A stretch of DNA of 64,000 nucleotides from Octopus sinensis (lineage: Eukaryota). Below the pieces are notes generated by a model that made no database searches, was not told the DNA's origin, and worked only from the letters and a program-made list of their open reading frames with translations. The position numbers were made by a program, and so were the translations under genes. Below, one piece after another: positions 13,906-27,225 of the stretch. The DNA is taken from NCBI RefSeq assembly GCF_006345805.1, contig NC_042998.1, forward strand, positions 67,580,001 to 67,644,000, written 5' to 3'. Position 1 is the first letter of the stretch, and each line of letters begins with the position of its first letter.

Positions 13906-14925
13906 TTACGTATATCAGCCTTAATTAAGCTGTGGCCATGCTGGGGTACCACCATTGAAATATATTTATATACATTTTACAAAACATTGCTCTAGGTTTG
14001 GAAGGTGTAGAGTGCAAGTTATTGATCAGGTTGCGGGTACTGATTAAGGCACTAAGCCATTGCTTTTGATGAAAGAAACATTTCGGTTTAGAGTATTGCG
14101 TATTATTCATCTACTTACTCTGAATGGTAGGTTAAGAACACATTAAAAGAAAACAGTGCAGGCAACGTGTTTTTTCTCAGCCAATAATAGGAAGAAAACC
14201 TAGCCACGCTTTTAGATTAGATGACAGCAACAAGCTGGATATAGACATTTCTGAGATATGACGCAAACTTGAAATTTTATGTGGAAAAGAATACTATAAA
14301 CGTTTTGTTAACGACTTGTTCTCTGAGAGATGTAACACCCGTTAAGTAATTAATTGGTTATTTTCGTTACAGATTAATTAAAGCAGTCAAGGAAAGTGAA
14401 AATAAAGGAAAGACTAAATACATCAAGATACCTTTCATTTGTAATTCCATTGACACTATTTGCTTAGGTACAATAATTAAGAATAGGAGAACGGTGTTAA
14501 GTGTAAACAGACTGGTTAAGTGTAGCAAGTACGTGAACGTGAACCTGGCAAATAATCTTGAAACATGTGATTGCGATAAACCGGAAATTTGTTTCTGTGT
14601 GGACATGCATGATGGTAAGAGGGATTTTGACATTTGTATAAGTAGGGATTAGAGAATGATTATGGAGAATTATGCAAAATACAGTAAACCGTGTAGGATA
14701 TATCGCAGAAAGTAATTTTCAAATCGATCCACGGTTTTAATAAATCTTAAATAATAAGTTGAAGAGGAATTTGGAAAGAGGAGAAAAAGAATTACCTGTT
14801 TGTCCATGGTATGCACGAGATGATAGCAAGTGCGTATATATGCAAGTATGTATGTACATATGTATGCATCTATATCTATGTATCTATGTAGGTACATATG
14901 TGTTTATATATGTATGTATGTGTAT

Positions 14926-15113
14926 AGGCGTAACAGTGGCATTTGGTAAGTAGTTGCTTACCAACCACATGGTTCCGGGTCAGACCACTGAGTAGCACCT
15001 TAGGCAAATGTCTTCTACTATATTCTCGGGTTCGACCAAATCCTTGTGAGTAGATTTGGTAGGCGGAAACTAAAAAAAGCCGTCGTATGTATCCTGTATA
15101 TATATATATATAT

Positions 15114-15154
<41 letters not shown>

Positions 15155-15390
15155 GTGTGTGTGTGTGTTTGTGTGCTGTGTATTTGTGTGTCTGTGTTGT
15201 CCCCCCAACATCGCTTGACAGCCGATGCTGCTGTGTTTACGTCCCCGTAACGTAGCAGTTCGGCAAATGTGACCCTTAGGATAAGTACTAGACTTACAAA
15301 GAAATAAGTCCTGGGGTCGATTTGCTCGAATAAAGGTGGTGCTCCAGCATGACCACAGTCAAATGAGTGAAACAAGTAAAACAATAAAAG
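14926..15390 (+). mobile_element. SINE family A, full length, with internal (TA)n(TG)n microsatellite
   Basis: tRNA-like head 14926-15085, microsatellite 15095-15170, tail ending GGTGCTCCAGCATGACCACAGTCAAATGAGTGAAACAAGTAAAA. Confidence 0.88.
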
Positions 15391-15419
15391 AATATATATA
15401 TGTATAAATATATATATAT

Positions 15420-15570
15420 ACGCGACGGGTTTATTTCAATTTCTATGTACCAAATCTACATACAAGACGTTGGCCATCGGGGGCTATAATAGAAGACAGA
15501 TGCTCAGTGTGGCACGCTGTGGAACTGAACTCGAGACCGTCGGTTTTCGAAGCAAACGTCTAAGCACAGT
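15420..15570 (-). mobile_element. SINE family A head, inverted relative to the adjacent copy
   Basis: CGACGGGTTTATTTCAATTTCTATGTACCAAATC...GGAACTGAACTCGAGACC is the reverse complement of the family A head. Confidence 0.75.
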
Positions 15571-16050
15571 TCGTATTTAACAGAACCTAAATGATACGTT
15601 ACAAATATTATGAAGATCCATTTTTAGCTAGATTTTAAAGCAAGGAAGCGACGTCACTTGAGCCAATAGATGCAGTTTGCCTCTGACCTTAGTACCGCTC
15701 ACATTACAATGCACTTGCTAATGAATCTCTTCAAAACACTTTTATGCTCAATATATACTTGATAGCTATATATACACTTCAATCTCTACAAGTAGGTCTT
15801 TTGTTTCACTGATATTCAAAAGCAGTTTAGTGCTAGTAGCAGAAGTAGATTTAATATTTCTGCCATTTATGGCATCAAATATTTGGATGATGATCGCGCT
15901 GGAGTAAATGAGTCTAGTTTGTGGGGGTGTTGTGCATATCAGACTCTTGGTTGCTATTTTTGAGGTAGTTATGCTCGGAAACAAGCACATGCACATGTAC
16001 GTATACACACACACATACACACACACATACATACACACACACACACCACA

Positions 16051-16119
<69 letters not shown>

Positions 16120-16141
16120 ATGTGTATATGTATGTTTATAA

Positions 16142-16556
16142 GCGTGGCGTGGCTGTGTGTTAATTAAATTGTTTTTCGAGCACTTCGTTCTGGGTTCATT
16201 CCCATCGCGTGGCATCTTGGATAATTTTCTTTTATACCCTCGGGCTGAACAAAGCGCTGTCAGTGGTTCTGGTAGACGAAAACTGAAAGAAGCCCGTCTT
16301 AAATATGTGCAGGTGTGCGTGTGTGTGCGTGTGTGTGCGTGTGTACGCATGAGTGCGTTTATGCGCGTGTGTGTGTGTGTGTGCGTATGTGTGTAAGTAT
16401 TTGTGTGTCTGTGTTTGTCCCTCACCGCTGCATGACAACCGGTGTTGGTGTGTTTATGTCCTTGTAACTTAACAGTTCAGCAAAAAGGAAACGAAAGAAG
16501 AATTACCATACTTAAAAAATAAAGTACCGGAGTCGATTCGTTCGACTAAAGTTCTT
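16142..16556 (+). mobile_element. SINE family A
   Basis: GGCGTGGCTGTGTGTT head, (TG)n middle, TGACAACCGGTGTTGGTGTGTTTATGTCC tail. Confidence 0.8.
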
Positions 16557-17336
16557 CTTTATATGTAAAGAAGAGAAATTTGCTCTCTCTTTCTCTCTCT
16601 CTAGCTCTCTATTGCATTCTCCTTTTATCATTTCTCTTATTCATCGCTTTGTTCTCTCTTTCTACTCTCTCTTTCTCCCTAGCTCTCCAGGGTTCTCTCT
16701 TTTATTTATTTCTCGTATCCCTCTACCTTTCTCCCTTTCTCTCTCCCCTCTCGCTCTCACTAGCTCTCCACTGCATTCTCATTTTATTTATTTCTCTTAT
16801 TCCTCTCTCTGTCCATCTCTCTCCTCTCGCTGTCCATCTCTCTCCCTCTCTATCTCTGGTTCACTCACGGTTTCCATAAACTCAGTATGACAGCCAAAGC
16901 GTTATCCAACTAGAAGTTGCATTTCGCTGCAAAAAATTAATATCATTCACAATATTCCACCATATATATTCAATTACTCCACCGGTTGAACTACCAGGAT
17001 CATTGACCTAGTGTGTGTGGATGACTGAGTGTTCCACGGACAAGTGTACCATTGATGTAATTCTCAGATGGAACCAGCCTGACATAGTGAAAGAAAGTTT
17101 GACACCTTTGATCATTCCAAGTACAACGCATCCGATGCATGAGGAATTTGCCTCCTGCACTGCACCAACCCTGAATAACTGAATATTAAAGCGGATGGTT
17201 TAACTTCTTACAGGCATCTATAATAAATTCTGAATAACAAATGACTAATGTGGTCCGGTTTAGCTTTTATTATTTACTTCATTTACTATCTGGGTTTCCA
17301 GAAGCTGTGCTTTCTTCCAATATGTATTAGTATATA

Positions 17337-17722
17337 TGGAGGGGCAAAGGCCCAGTGGTTAGGGTAGCAGACCCGCGGTCGTATGATCGTGGTTTCGATT
17401 CCTAGACCGGGCGTTGTGAGTGTTTATTGAGCGAACACACCTAAACAGTCCCATGAGGCTCCGGCAGGGGATGTGGTGCACCCTACTGTACTCTTTCACC
17501 ACAACTTTCTCTCACCCTTTCTTCTTGATTCTGTTGTACCTGTATTTCAAAGGGCCAGTCTTGTCAAACTCTGTGTTACGCTGAATCTCCCCGAGAACTA
17601 CGTTAACTGTACACGTGTCTGTGGAGTGCTCAGCCACTTGCACGTTATTTTTTACGAGCAGGCTGTTCTGCGGATCAGATCGACTTGAACACTTGTCATC
17701 GTACCCGACTGAGTGCCACGAC
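17337..17722 (+). mobile_element. tRNA-derived SINE family C
   Basis: A box GGCCCAGTGGTTAGG and B box GGTTTCGATTCC. Its 3' part has diverged homologues at ~13345-13485 (+) and ~16960-17085 (-), and a head relic lies at ~47515-47600. Confidence 0.75.
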
Positions 17723-17757
17723 GAATAATATATATAAGCCTTCTGAAGAATTTATAT

Positions 17758-17802
<45 letters not shown>

Positions 17803-17805
<3 letters not shown>

Positions 17806-18025
17806 TTCTTTATTGCCCACAAGGGGCTATACATAGAGGGGACAAACAAGGACAGACAAAGGGATTAAGTCAATTACATCGACCCCAGTGCGTACTGCTA
17901 CTTTATTAATCGACCCCGAAAGGATGAAAGGCAAAGTCGACCTCGACGGAATTTGAACTCACAACGTAACGACAGACGAATACGGCTACGCATTTCGCCC
18001 GCGTGCTAACGTTTCTGCCAGCTCG

Positions 18026-18028
<3 letters not shown>
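17803..18028 (-). mobile_element. SINE family B, full length, inserted in (TA)n
   Basis: Highly similar to 6980-7211. Confidence 0.9.
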
Positions 18029-18081
<53 letters not shown>

Positions 18082-18199
18082 CTATATATATATTATACAT
18101 ATATATATATATATACATATAATATATTATATACATAGCATATATATATATACATATATATATTATTACAATATATATATATATAATATACTATATATA

Positions 18200-18253
<54 letters not shown>

Positions 18254-18307
18254 ATATATATCTTATATATATATATATAATATATAATATATATATATAT
18301 ATATATA

Positions 18308-18860
18308 GAATGCAATAAAACGATTCTGTTCAATCTCGTTCAACTCCATTTCTTCAATTCACTAATAATATTATATATATATATACACTAATATATATAT
18401 ATATATATATAGTATATATATATATATATAGAATATATATATATATATATATATATGTAATTATATATTAATATATTTAGTGAATTGAAGAAATGGAGTT
18501 GAACGAAGATTGAACAGAAATCGTTTTATTGCATTCTACACGTGTTTCGAAAGCCACAATTTACCAAATTCCGATTGAATAAGGAGACCATATTGTGTCT
18601 TTCTCTTCAGGAAGAAATAGGAAATCCGTTGGAAAAACAAAAACAGAACAGAGGCGGAGCAAAACAAATCGAACGAGGCTCCTAAGAGCCCATGGCCAAA
18701 CTGTTTATCAATGTATGTTGAAAACGGGTGGTGGGTGCGTTGAAGATTTTAACAGGTCAGGCAGCGGTCATTCTGGTGGGTGAGAGCACGGGGTGCTTAG
18801 ATGTTCTTTGTGATCGAGATTAATCTGCAACAAGATTATTCATCTTTCTATTTCACCAAA
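18308..18860 (-). mobile_element. Hammerhead-bearing element with an inverted copy of its 3' end
   Basis: Arms 18308-18365 (+) and 18477-18536 (-) are reverse complements separated by (TA)n. The HHR lies in the minus copy. Confidence 0.7.
18534..18613 (-). ncRNA. Type I hammerhead ribozyme motif with extended helix II
   Basis: Minus strand reads UUC CUGAAGA GAAAGACACAAU...AUUGUGGCUUUC GAAA CACGUG UA GAA. Core intact, helix II 11/12 paired, perfect palindrome ACACGUGU in helix III. Confidence 0.8.
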
Positions 18861-18899
<39 letters not shown>

Positions 18900-19724
18900 T
18901 ATATATAGTTATTCGTACACTCACACGCATGCATATTTATTTGTTTGTTTTTAGCTATTTTGTAGCAAAATCTAAGAGCACAAACATCGACTTCCTGCAA
19001 TCGTTATTTTCATGATTATTTACGTTCAGTTTTATAAGTCAACATATTTCCAACACCTCTCATATTTATCGATTGTTGCATTTCCAAAAACTCTAATATT
19101 GCAATATCACTTTCCTTGTAGCTTCAGTCACTTCAATCACTTCAATCACTTCAATCATATGGAATTGTTTCTCTAAGTGATTCATTTCATTTACAATCAC
19201 GTGTGGGGCTTTTTCTTTTTTTCTATTTTTGTTCTTTTTTGGGTTTTTTTCGGAACCAGAACTTAACACGTAAATCAACTTAATAGAATTTTCGAAACTG
19301 ACAACTTTGCAATAAATACCGACGTTTTTGTCATATTTTGTTTTTTAATAAATTAGTATTACTCTATATTTATATATGTTGATATCGTTTTATTATTTTT
19401 TTTCCAATACGCTACGTCTTTGTAAATTCTTTTTGTCTGAAGAAATATTTGCTATTTTGATGTTTTCAATTAGCAGACCCATCGGCATATGATTAGCTCG
19501 TTCACAATAAAATAAAAACAAAACAAAATTCTTAAAAAAAAATCTGAGACACGTTATGAATATTTCTAAATAATTCACTAATAAACAACTTTCAGAGTAA
19601 TGAAAATCTTCTACAACAAATTTCCTAACTTAATTTCAGGCACACACACACATATTCATAAATGACTATGCATATAGTATATATGGCATGCGTATATATA
19701 TGTAAATATGTGTGTGTGTGCATG

Positions 19725-19777
<53 letters not shown>

Positions 19778-20269
19778 CATGTACTAGATACATACACGCA
19801 CACGCACACACACACACATATATATGTATATCTAACATATATGCACATATACATAAGAATTTATATTCTTTGTGTGTTGTGTGTTTCTGTAAGCTTTTGT
19901 GTATGGGTGTGTACGAGTGTGTGTGTGTTAGTGCCTCTGTGTGTATTTGTGTGTGTGTGTGTGTGTGTTTGTGTGTGTGTATCTGTTTGATGTTGATCTT
20001 TCGATCCTACGTCACTCAGATATTCTCCCTTCAGAAATATTAAAGTATTTGGGGTCTTTATTTTTTTTCAATAGTTGCATCGAATTTAATAAGTTCCACA
20101 ATTTGAATTGAAAATTTTTTGTCACGTAGGGACTTCCATACACACACGCACACACACAGATACACACACATACATCACGCGCGCAGTATATACACGTGCA
20201 CACACTTACACATATATATATACACACATGCATGAAAACTGTACAGGTTGTGCGAATAATAACTGGTGC

Positions 20270-20530
20270 ATTGGGAACTGTAAGTACAGATATAGACAAA
20301 TGATCGAAGGAGACTGGAATAGAATGTCCTTGAGACGTATACAGAAAGCTTGACTTCTCGGGAACGATAAGATTATCAGGGGGGTTCTAAGCAGACTATT
20401 GAAAACCTGGAGATACTTAAGGTTATAGGTAGTAACACGCTACCCACATAAATCCTGCCAAGAATAAGACCAAACCTGATTAAAATCAACGATAGTAATA
20501 ATAATAATAATAATAGTAATAATAATATTA

Positions 20531-20575
<45 letters not shown>

Positions 20576-20714
20576 GTAATAATAATAATGAAAGTAATAA
20601 TAATAATAATAATAATAGTAATAATAATAATTGAAAGTAATAATAATAATAATAATAGTAATAATAATAATAACAATAGTAATAATGATAATAACAATAG
20701 TAATAATAATAATG

Positions 20715-20798
<84 letters not shown>

Positions 20799-22850
20799 GT
20801 TATTATTATTATTATTATTATTAGGAAACTATTACAGAAGAACCACTACAGGACTACAGAAATACCTACTTCAGAAGCAAAGCAAACTAATACATAGAGC
20901 CTCAAAACTCGAACAAATAAAACAAAAATTTCTGTGTTTAAGGTAGCTGACAAATACAAATAAGTACCTAATAACTATGAAGAAAAATAAGAAACAACAA
21001 AAGTTGTTAAACAACTGAAATCCAAACTAAAACTGGAACAGTAACGGATCATGATAAAACGATGGCTAGAAAAGACCCTACTTGGCAAATATTAGGTTAA
21101 ACTAAACAGAAAATAAATAGACAAAAGAAAATCCCAGCAATGGCCGAGAAGCTCAGGACTGGGACCAGAGACTGAAAGATTTTTAATTGCAGCACAAGAT
21201 CAAAGCCTTCCCACCAGAAATCACCAAAAATGAAAAGAAATACGAGTATCTGAAGAATATGTGGTAATTGACAAGAAACAATAAATCATATTGTCTCTGG
21301 CTGCCCAGTCTTGGCTAAGAAAAACTATATTGACGGGCATGAAACTCTAGTGTCATGTCCGTCAATATATGCCAACACTATGAAATAAGAACAGAAGAAG
21401 TTTGGTATTCACACAGAGAAAAGGCTACAGAAAATGAGAAAGCAACCACACTCTGGAATATTCCAATGCACACACAGAGAAGTCGAAGTTAATACGCTGG
21501 AAATAGTTGTCAGAGATCACCAAGAAAAATATTTTCTAATCGATTATCTATACCAAGATATGACAATGTTCCTCTAAAAGATAGGGAGAAACTTTCAGAA
21601 TACAAAGATCTGGAAAGAGACCTAACATGAACGTGGAGCCTAAAAACAGAAGCAATCCCGAAAACAAAAACAGCAGGAATTACAAGTATATGTAATTGCT
21701 TACCAGAAATTGCTGAACAAAAACTACAAATCTAACGTTCCTCAAAACGGTTCTGACTGTAAATGCAGATTCTGCGGCGCATTTGACGAAACAATAGGCA
21801 ATCTCGTTTCAGCATAACCTGTACTGACAGCAAAAGAATACAAAAATCGCCACGATAGGGTGGAGTAGAACATTGGAAAATATGTAAACGCTGAAAATCG
21901 TCACTCATGCTTACTGATATAAACATCATCCTGAGCCAGTTGTTGAAAGTTAAAATGTTACTATCCTCTGGGATTTTACAGTCAACATTGACAGAGCAAC
22001 CCACCCTGATCGACCAGATATAATTATTAAAGACAGAGAAGAAAATACATGTAGACTAATAGATGTAAGTGTTCCCATTGATAACATTATATCTATAAAG
22101 GTATTTGAGAAATTAAGTAAATATAAGTTCTTGAAAATAAAAATACAAAAGATGTGGCATCTCAAAGCAAGAGCTATTCGTGTTATTGTACGTACCTTAA
22201 GTATGATAAAAAAAAAAGGGGTCAGAAACACCTAGATAACATCCCAGGAGAACCATGTCTCAGAGAAATACAAAGGATTGTGCTGACAGTACTGCCCACA
22301 TTGTCAGAGATCACCAAGAAAAGATAGATGCGAATAGGCCAGGCATCATACTGAAAGACTTCAGACAAAAATCATGCCTCCTCATTGATATGACTGTCCC
22401 AATCGATATAAACGTATCTGTCAAGACCTACCAAAAACTGAGCAAATATAAAGATCTTGAAATAGAAATTAGTAAAATGTGGAACCTGATGACTAAATCA
22501 ATACCTGCTGTCATAGGTGCCCTGAGAATGATAGCAAAAGGGGCTGATTGCTACCTAGCTCAGATACCAGGAAACCCCCAAATTGCAGAAATTCAAAAGA
22601 TATTACTCGTGGGAACTGCCCATATCCTACGCAAAATACTTTCTATGTAATCTCAAGTTTTAAAACAAACATAATTTTCTTATGGATTCTTAAACATTCT
22701 CTAGAACAACACTAAGTACAAAACCAAATATATGGCACCCTAGGCATAAAACCAACATGAATTTCCAACTTGTTGTCTCTTGAGGTCTCTGGGTGAGACT
22801 TGGAGCCAACTAGTACAAATGTAAAGCAAAAATCAAACATAAAATAATAA
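20270..22850 (+). mobile_element. Cluster of R4/Dong-clade LINE 3' fragments (restriction-like endonuclease domain) around a (TAA)n/(TTA)n tract
   Basis: 22255-22650 encodes 'NRPGIILKDFRQKSCLLIDMTVPIDINVSVKTYQKLSKYKDLEIEISKMWNL..IPAVIGAL..IQKILLVGTAHILRKIL'. Parallel decayed copies at ~21170-21660 and ~21760-22290 (RPDIIIKD..LIDVSVP), and a 3' end at 20270-20490 runs into (TAA)n at 20495-20822. Confidence 0.85.
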
Positions 22851-22859
22851 TAACAATAA

Positions 22860-23245
22860 TCCTTTCTACTATAGGTAAAAGGCCTGTAGTTTGGGGGGAG
22901 GCGCATAGTCGATCACTTCGATCCCAGTGTTCAACTGGTACTTGTTTCATCGACCTCAGCGGAATTTGGACTCAAACGTAATTACGGACGAAATGCCGTT
23001 ATGCATTTCGTCCGGTGCGCTAACGATTCTGCCAACTCCCCGTCATAGCAACAATAACAACACCAATAATAATAATAATATAATAATAATAATAATAACA
23101 ATGAGTGTTTCTAATTTTGGCTGAAGGCCACCAATTTTCCTGGAAGGCTTCAGCTGATCACATTTTTCAAGTGGTACTTATTTTACCGACACCGAAATGA
23201 AGGAATGGAAAGCCGACCTCGGTTGGATTTGAACTCAGAAATTAG
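22860..23245 (-). mobile_element. Two diverged SINE family B copies separated by (AAT)n
   Basis: Cores at ~22930-22980 and ~23170-23240. Confidence 0.75.
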
Positions 23246-23989
23246 AGCCAGCGGAGAAGAAAAAGAACAAGAAGAAGAAGTAGAATGCCTCTATTTTCTG
23301 CATGACAAGTATGGTTTTATTCGAGAACAGCGGCGGCGGGTCTGGAAGCAGAGAAGCAAAGAAGAGAATTGCCTTCTGCAATGAAAAAATCTAAGGTTCT
23401 ACGATGTCATTATGACCTTAGGAAAAGAAACGCTTGTTAAATAACGTGGAGGAAGAATTAGAAAAGACAGCATGTCCTGTTGATGTATTGATGCGTCAAT
23501 TATAATAGACATTGTAATTTAACTTGGCTTTATAGAATGGGAGCAGAGAATGAGATAGGCATCTTTTCTACATCAATTATTTCACAAAAACCATAAAGAT
23601 CGTTGATGTACATATGCACACAAGAACAAACACATTTACTCACACAGGCACACGCATATATAAATATACAAATATACATGTGTATCTATAAAATGAGATA
23701 GAAAGTGCGGGAGGTTGTCTGCAGCCACACATGTATCGAAGTCTATAATGAATGTATTTCTTTTGTGCAAATCGATTGTACAAATGACAATTAACGTGAA
23801 AAATGCTTTTAGTGAGCTCCTCTTCTAATCGATTCGCACAAAAGGAATATTTTCCATATGTTTGTATAGCTTCCATATCTCTTACTGACCCACGATTACC
23901 CATACACACAGATATGTGTGTGTGATATATATATATATATATATACACATACACATTTGATGTGATACATACATATATATATATATATA

Positions 23990-24029
<40 letters not shown>

Positions 24030-24688
24030 AATACACATACGTGTGTGGTGGGGTGTACATGTATATATTTTCCTTTTTTGCTGTTTTACTCTATTTTGCC
24101 TTCTACCCATTTAAATATGTTTGATGAGAAGAATGCTTATCATAATTAATATGTTTCCGATTTCGCTAAACAAACAGACTAATAAACATCTACTCAGACC
24201 ATTAATTAATGCATACTTGCCTCTTGGCGTCAGTAAATTATGAAAAGCTTCTGTAGATGGATAAATCGCGTATTTTTCTATTGATTTTTATTTTAGATTT
24301 GTTCACCAAACGCGAAGCATTCATACATAATTACATCGCAAGCAACATGAAAAACAACTAGCCTAGACTCTTTATTAAACGGGAGATGATATTTTATTAA
24401 TTGCTTCTTACAAGTTGATCCCACTTATTTGCATAATACATCTACACACCAGTACACACTCATATGTATTTCACATATATTTCATTCTCTCACACACACA
24501 CACTCTCTCTCCTTCTCTTCCTCTCTCCTCATCCTTCTCTTTCTATCTCCTTCTTTCACTATATACATAAAATAGAAAGATGGATAGATAGATAGATTTA
24601 GAGATTGATTCTTAGATAAACTGACATATGTATTAACATAATTACACAGACACATGCACACACACACACATATATATATGTATATATG

Positions 24689-24824
24689 TAGGCGCAGGCG
24701 TGGCTGTGTGTTAAGAAGCTTGCTTCCCAACTACATGCTACTGAGTTCAGTCCCACTGCGTGGCACCTTAGGCAAGTGTCTTCTGCAACAGCCTCTGGTC
24801 GACGGAAACTGAAAGATGCCTGCA

Positions 24825-24908
<84 letters not shown>

Positions 24909-25081
24909 TAATCCAAACATGAAAACACAAAGAGAAAACACAACAACGCGAGTACGTGGAAGAAGTATAGTGCTACTGAATGCTCAGGAAAGGAAAGAAA
25001 GAAGCAGGATTTAACGTTTCGAGCGGAGCTCTTCGTCAGAAACATAGGAAAAGGAAAGATCCAAGGAAGGGAAGACGGAGG

Positions 25082-25122
<41 letters not shown>

Positions 25123-25238
25123 CGTATATGACTTAGTGTCTGTGTTCGTCCACCACAACCATCACCATCATTTGACAACCGAGGTTGGTGTGTTTACGTC
25201 CCCTTAACCTCGTGGTTCGGCAAAAGTGATGATGGAAT
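24689..25238 (+). mobile_element. SINE family A carrying a nested HHR element in its central (TA)n
   Basis: Head 24689-24825 and tail 25130-25238. Unrelated insert at 24905-25083. Confidence 0.8.
25009..25043 (-). ncRNA. Minimal type I hammerhead motif
   Basis: Minus strand reads GUUU CUGACGA A GAGC-UCC-GCUC GAAA CG UU AAAU, with palindromic ACGU helix III and a short helix I. Confidence 0.7.
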
Positions 25239-25436
25239 AAGCTTATAAGCCGTTACTGTACAATGACTAACGAAAATAGTTTAATGACGGAGCATATAAT
25301 CTCTCGATGGAATAACAAAGAGATGTGGTTTCGAGTCCCGCACGTACAGGAAAACATACTTTTTTCGTCGTGGGCTAATATGCCCCGTCATTAGACTATT
25401 TTCTTCAGTCATTGCACGGTGATCGCTTATAAGCTT
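25239..25436. mobile_element. MITE-like element with ~58-bp imperfect terminal inverted repeats
   Basis: aagcttataagccgttactgtacaatgactaacgaaaatagtttaatgacggagcata (25239-25296) matches the reverse complement of 25379-25436. It interrupts a SINE A tail. Confidence 0.75.
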
Positions 25437-25489
25437 CAAGCTTATAAAATACTATTACTAAAATTTACAGAATTTTTAAAATTGACGCT

Positions 25490-25649
25490 TTTCTTCAAAG
25501 CCACATGGTTCCAGGTTCAGTCTCACTGCGTGGTACCTTGAGTAAGTGTCTTCTACTTCTACTATAGCCCCGGCGGGCCGACCAAAGCTCTGTGAGTGGG
25601 TTTGGTAGACGGAAAATGAAAGAAGTTCGTCGTATGCACACATATATAC

Positions 25650-25690
<41 letters not shown>

Positions 25691-25880
25691 CGTTTGTGTG
25701 TGCGTGTGTGTGTGTGTGTGTGTTGTCCCCCACCATCATTTGACAACCGCTGTCTGTGTATTTACGTTCACATAACTTAGCGGGAATAAGTACTATGCTT
25801 GCAAAAATAAGTCCTGGGTTGATTTGTATGTCTATACGCATTCCTCCGGCATGGCCGGAGTCATAAAATAAATAAAAGAA
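25490..25880 (+). mobile_element. SINE family A
   Basis: CCACATGGTTCCAGGTTCAGTCTCACTGCGTGG head, microsatellite middle and conserved tail. Confidence 0.82.
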
Positions 25881-26518
25881 TGTTTATGTGTGTGTGTATG
25901 TATGCATGTGTGTGCGTATGTATGTATGTGTATATAGATATATATATATATTAACATGTAATTTTTTTCGCTATTATTACTTCGTCATACGGCATTTAGT
26001 TTCGTTTCTATCGGCGAGAGGAAATTTACGATTCTTCTTAAAATACACGTAAAAATAAGGGCTGTTTAAATACGTACCAGGTTTTAATTATTTTTGACAC
26101 GTTCTTCTACCATTTATGTGTGTTAATTTGCATATTTTAGAAACCGTTATAGAATTGCCATTATTATTTATTTGTCGTAAGAGCTGACCCCGATAACCAG
26201 TGTAGCATTTTTAATATGTAGAAGGAATTTTAAATTGATTTAATTCGAATAATATGTAAAATTACGATGTCGAAGTGACTGCTAAGACGCTAAGAAGCAA
26301 CAAAATCAATTAGAAAACTTATAGCAACAACATTAAAAACGACATCAATATAACAGTATCTCTATATGGGTATCTAAAGCGATAGAATTAAGAAGCTCTG
26401 TTGAACAGAACGCTGAAAAATGTAAGAGAGACACGGGGGAGAGACAGAGAAAGAGACAGACAGAGACAGACAGATTTGAGAAATTGGAAAATCGAAAATT
26501 CAAGAGAAACGGAGAGAA

Positions 26519-26553
<35 letters not shown>

Positions 26554-27016
26554 AGAGAGAAATGGCAAAATCGAAAATGTAAGAGAGATGGAGAGAAAGA
26601 GAGAGAAAAACAGAGACAGACAGACAGTGACAGAGGGTGCAAGAGATATTTGAGAAATGGGAAAATCGGAAATTTTTCTTTTACTACCAGAAACAATTGC
26701 TCTGCAGAACAAATTACTGGTGCTTATACGTCTACATATACATATGTGTGTGTCTCTCTATATATAGATAACTTTATATTTTTACTTTTATATTTTATGT
26801 TTCATTTTGCTTAAATCTCACCTACAATTTCGAGGACAAATTCGACTTCATGATTTTCTATTTATGGAAATATTGGTCCTTTTGTCCGAAACAACTGTAT
26901 GGGAATATGAAATATGAAATAAAAACTTAATCCATTTTTACATTCAATCTAATTCATTTATTTTATTCGATGAAATTTATTTAATAAAATAAGTCTGAAA
27001 TTGATTATTTCTTTAT

Positions 27017-27070
<54 letters not shown>

Positions 27071-27152
27071 TTGTAGCACATATATGTGTTTGTGTATGTG
27101 GGTATAGATAAGTAGACAGGCAGACAGACAGACAGACGACAGACAGACAGAC

Positions 27153-27225
<73 letters not shown>

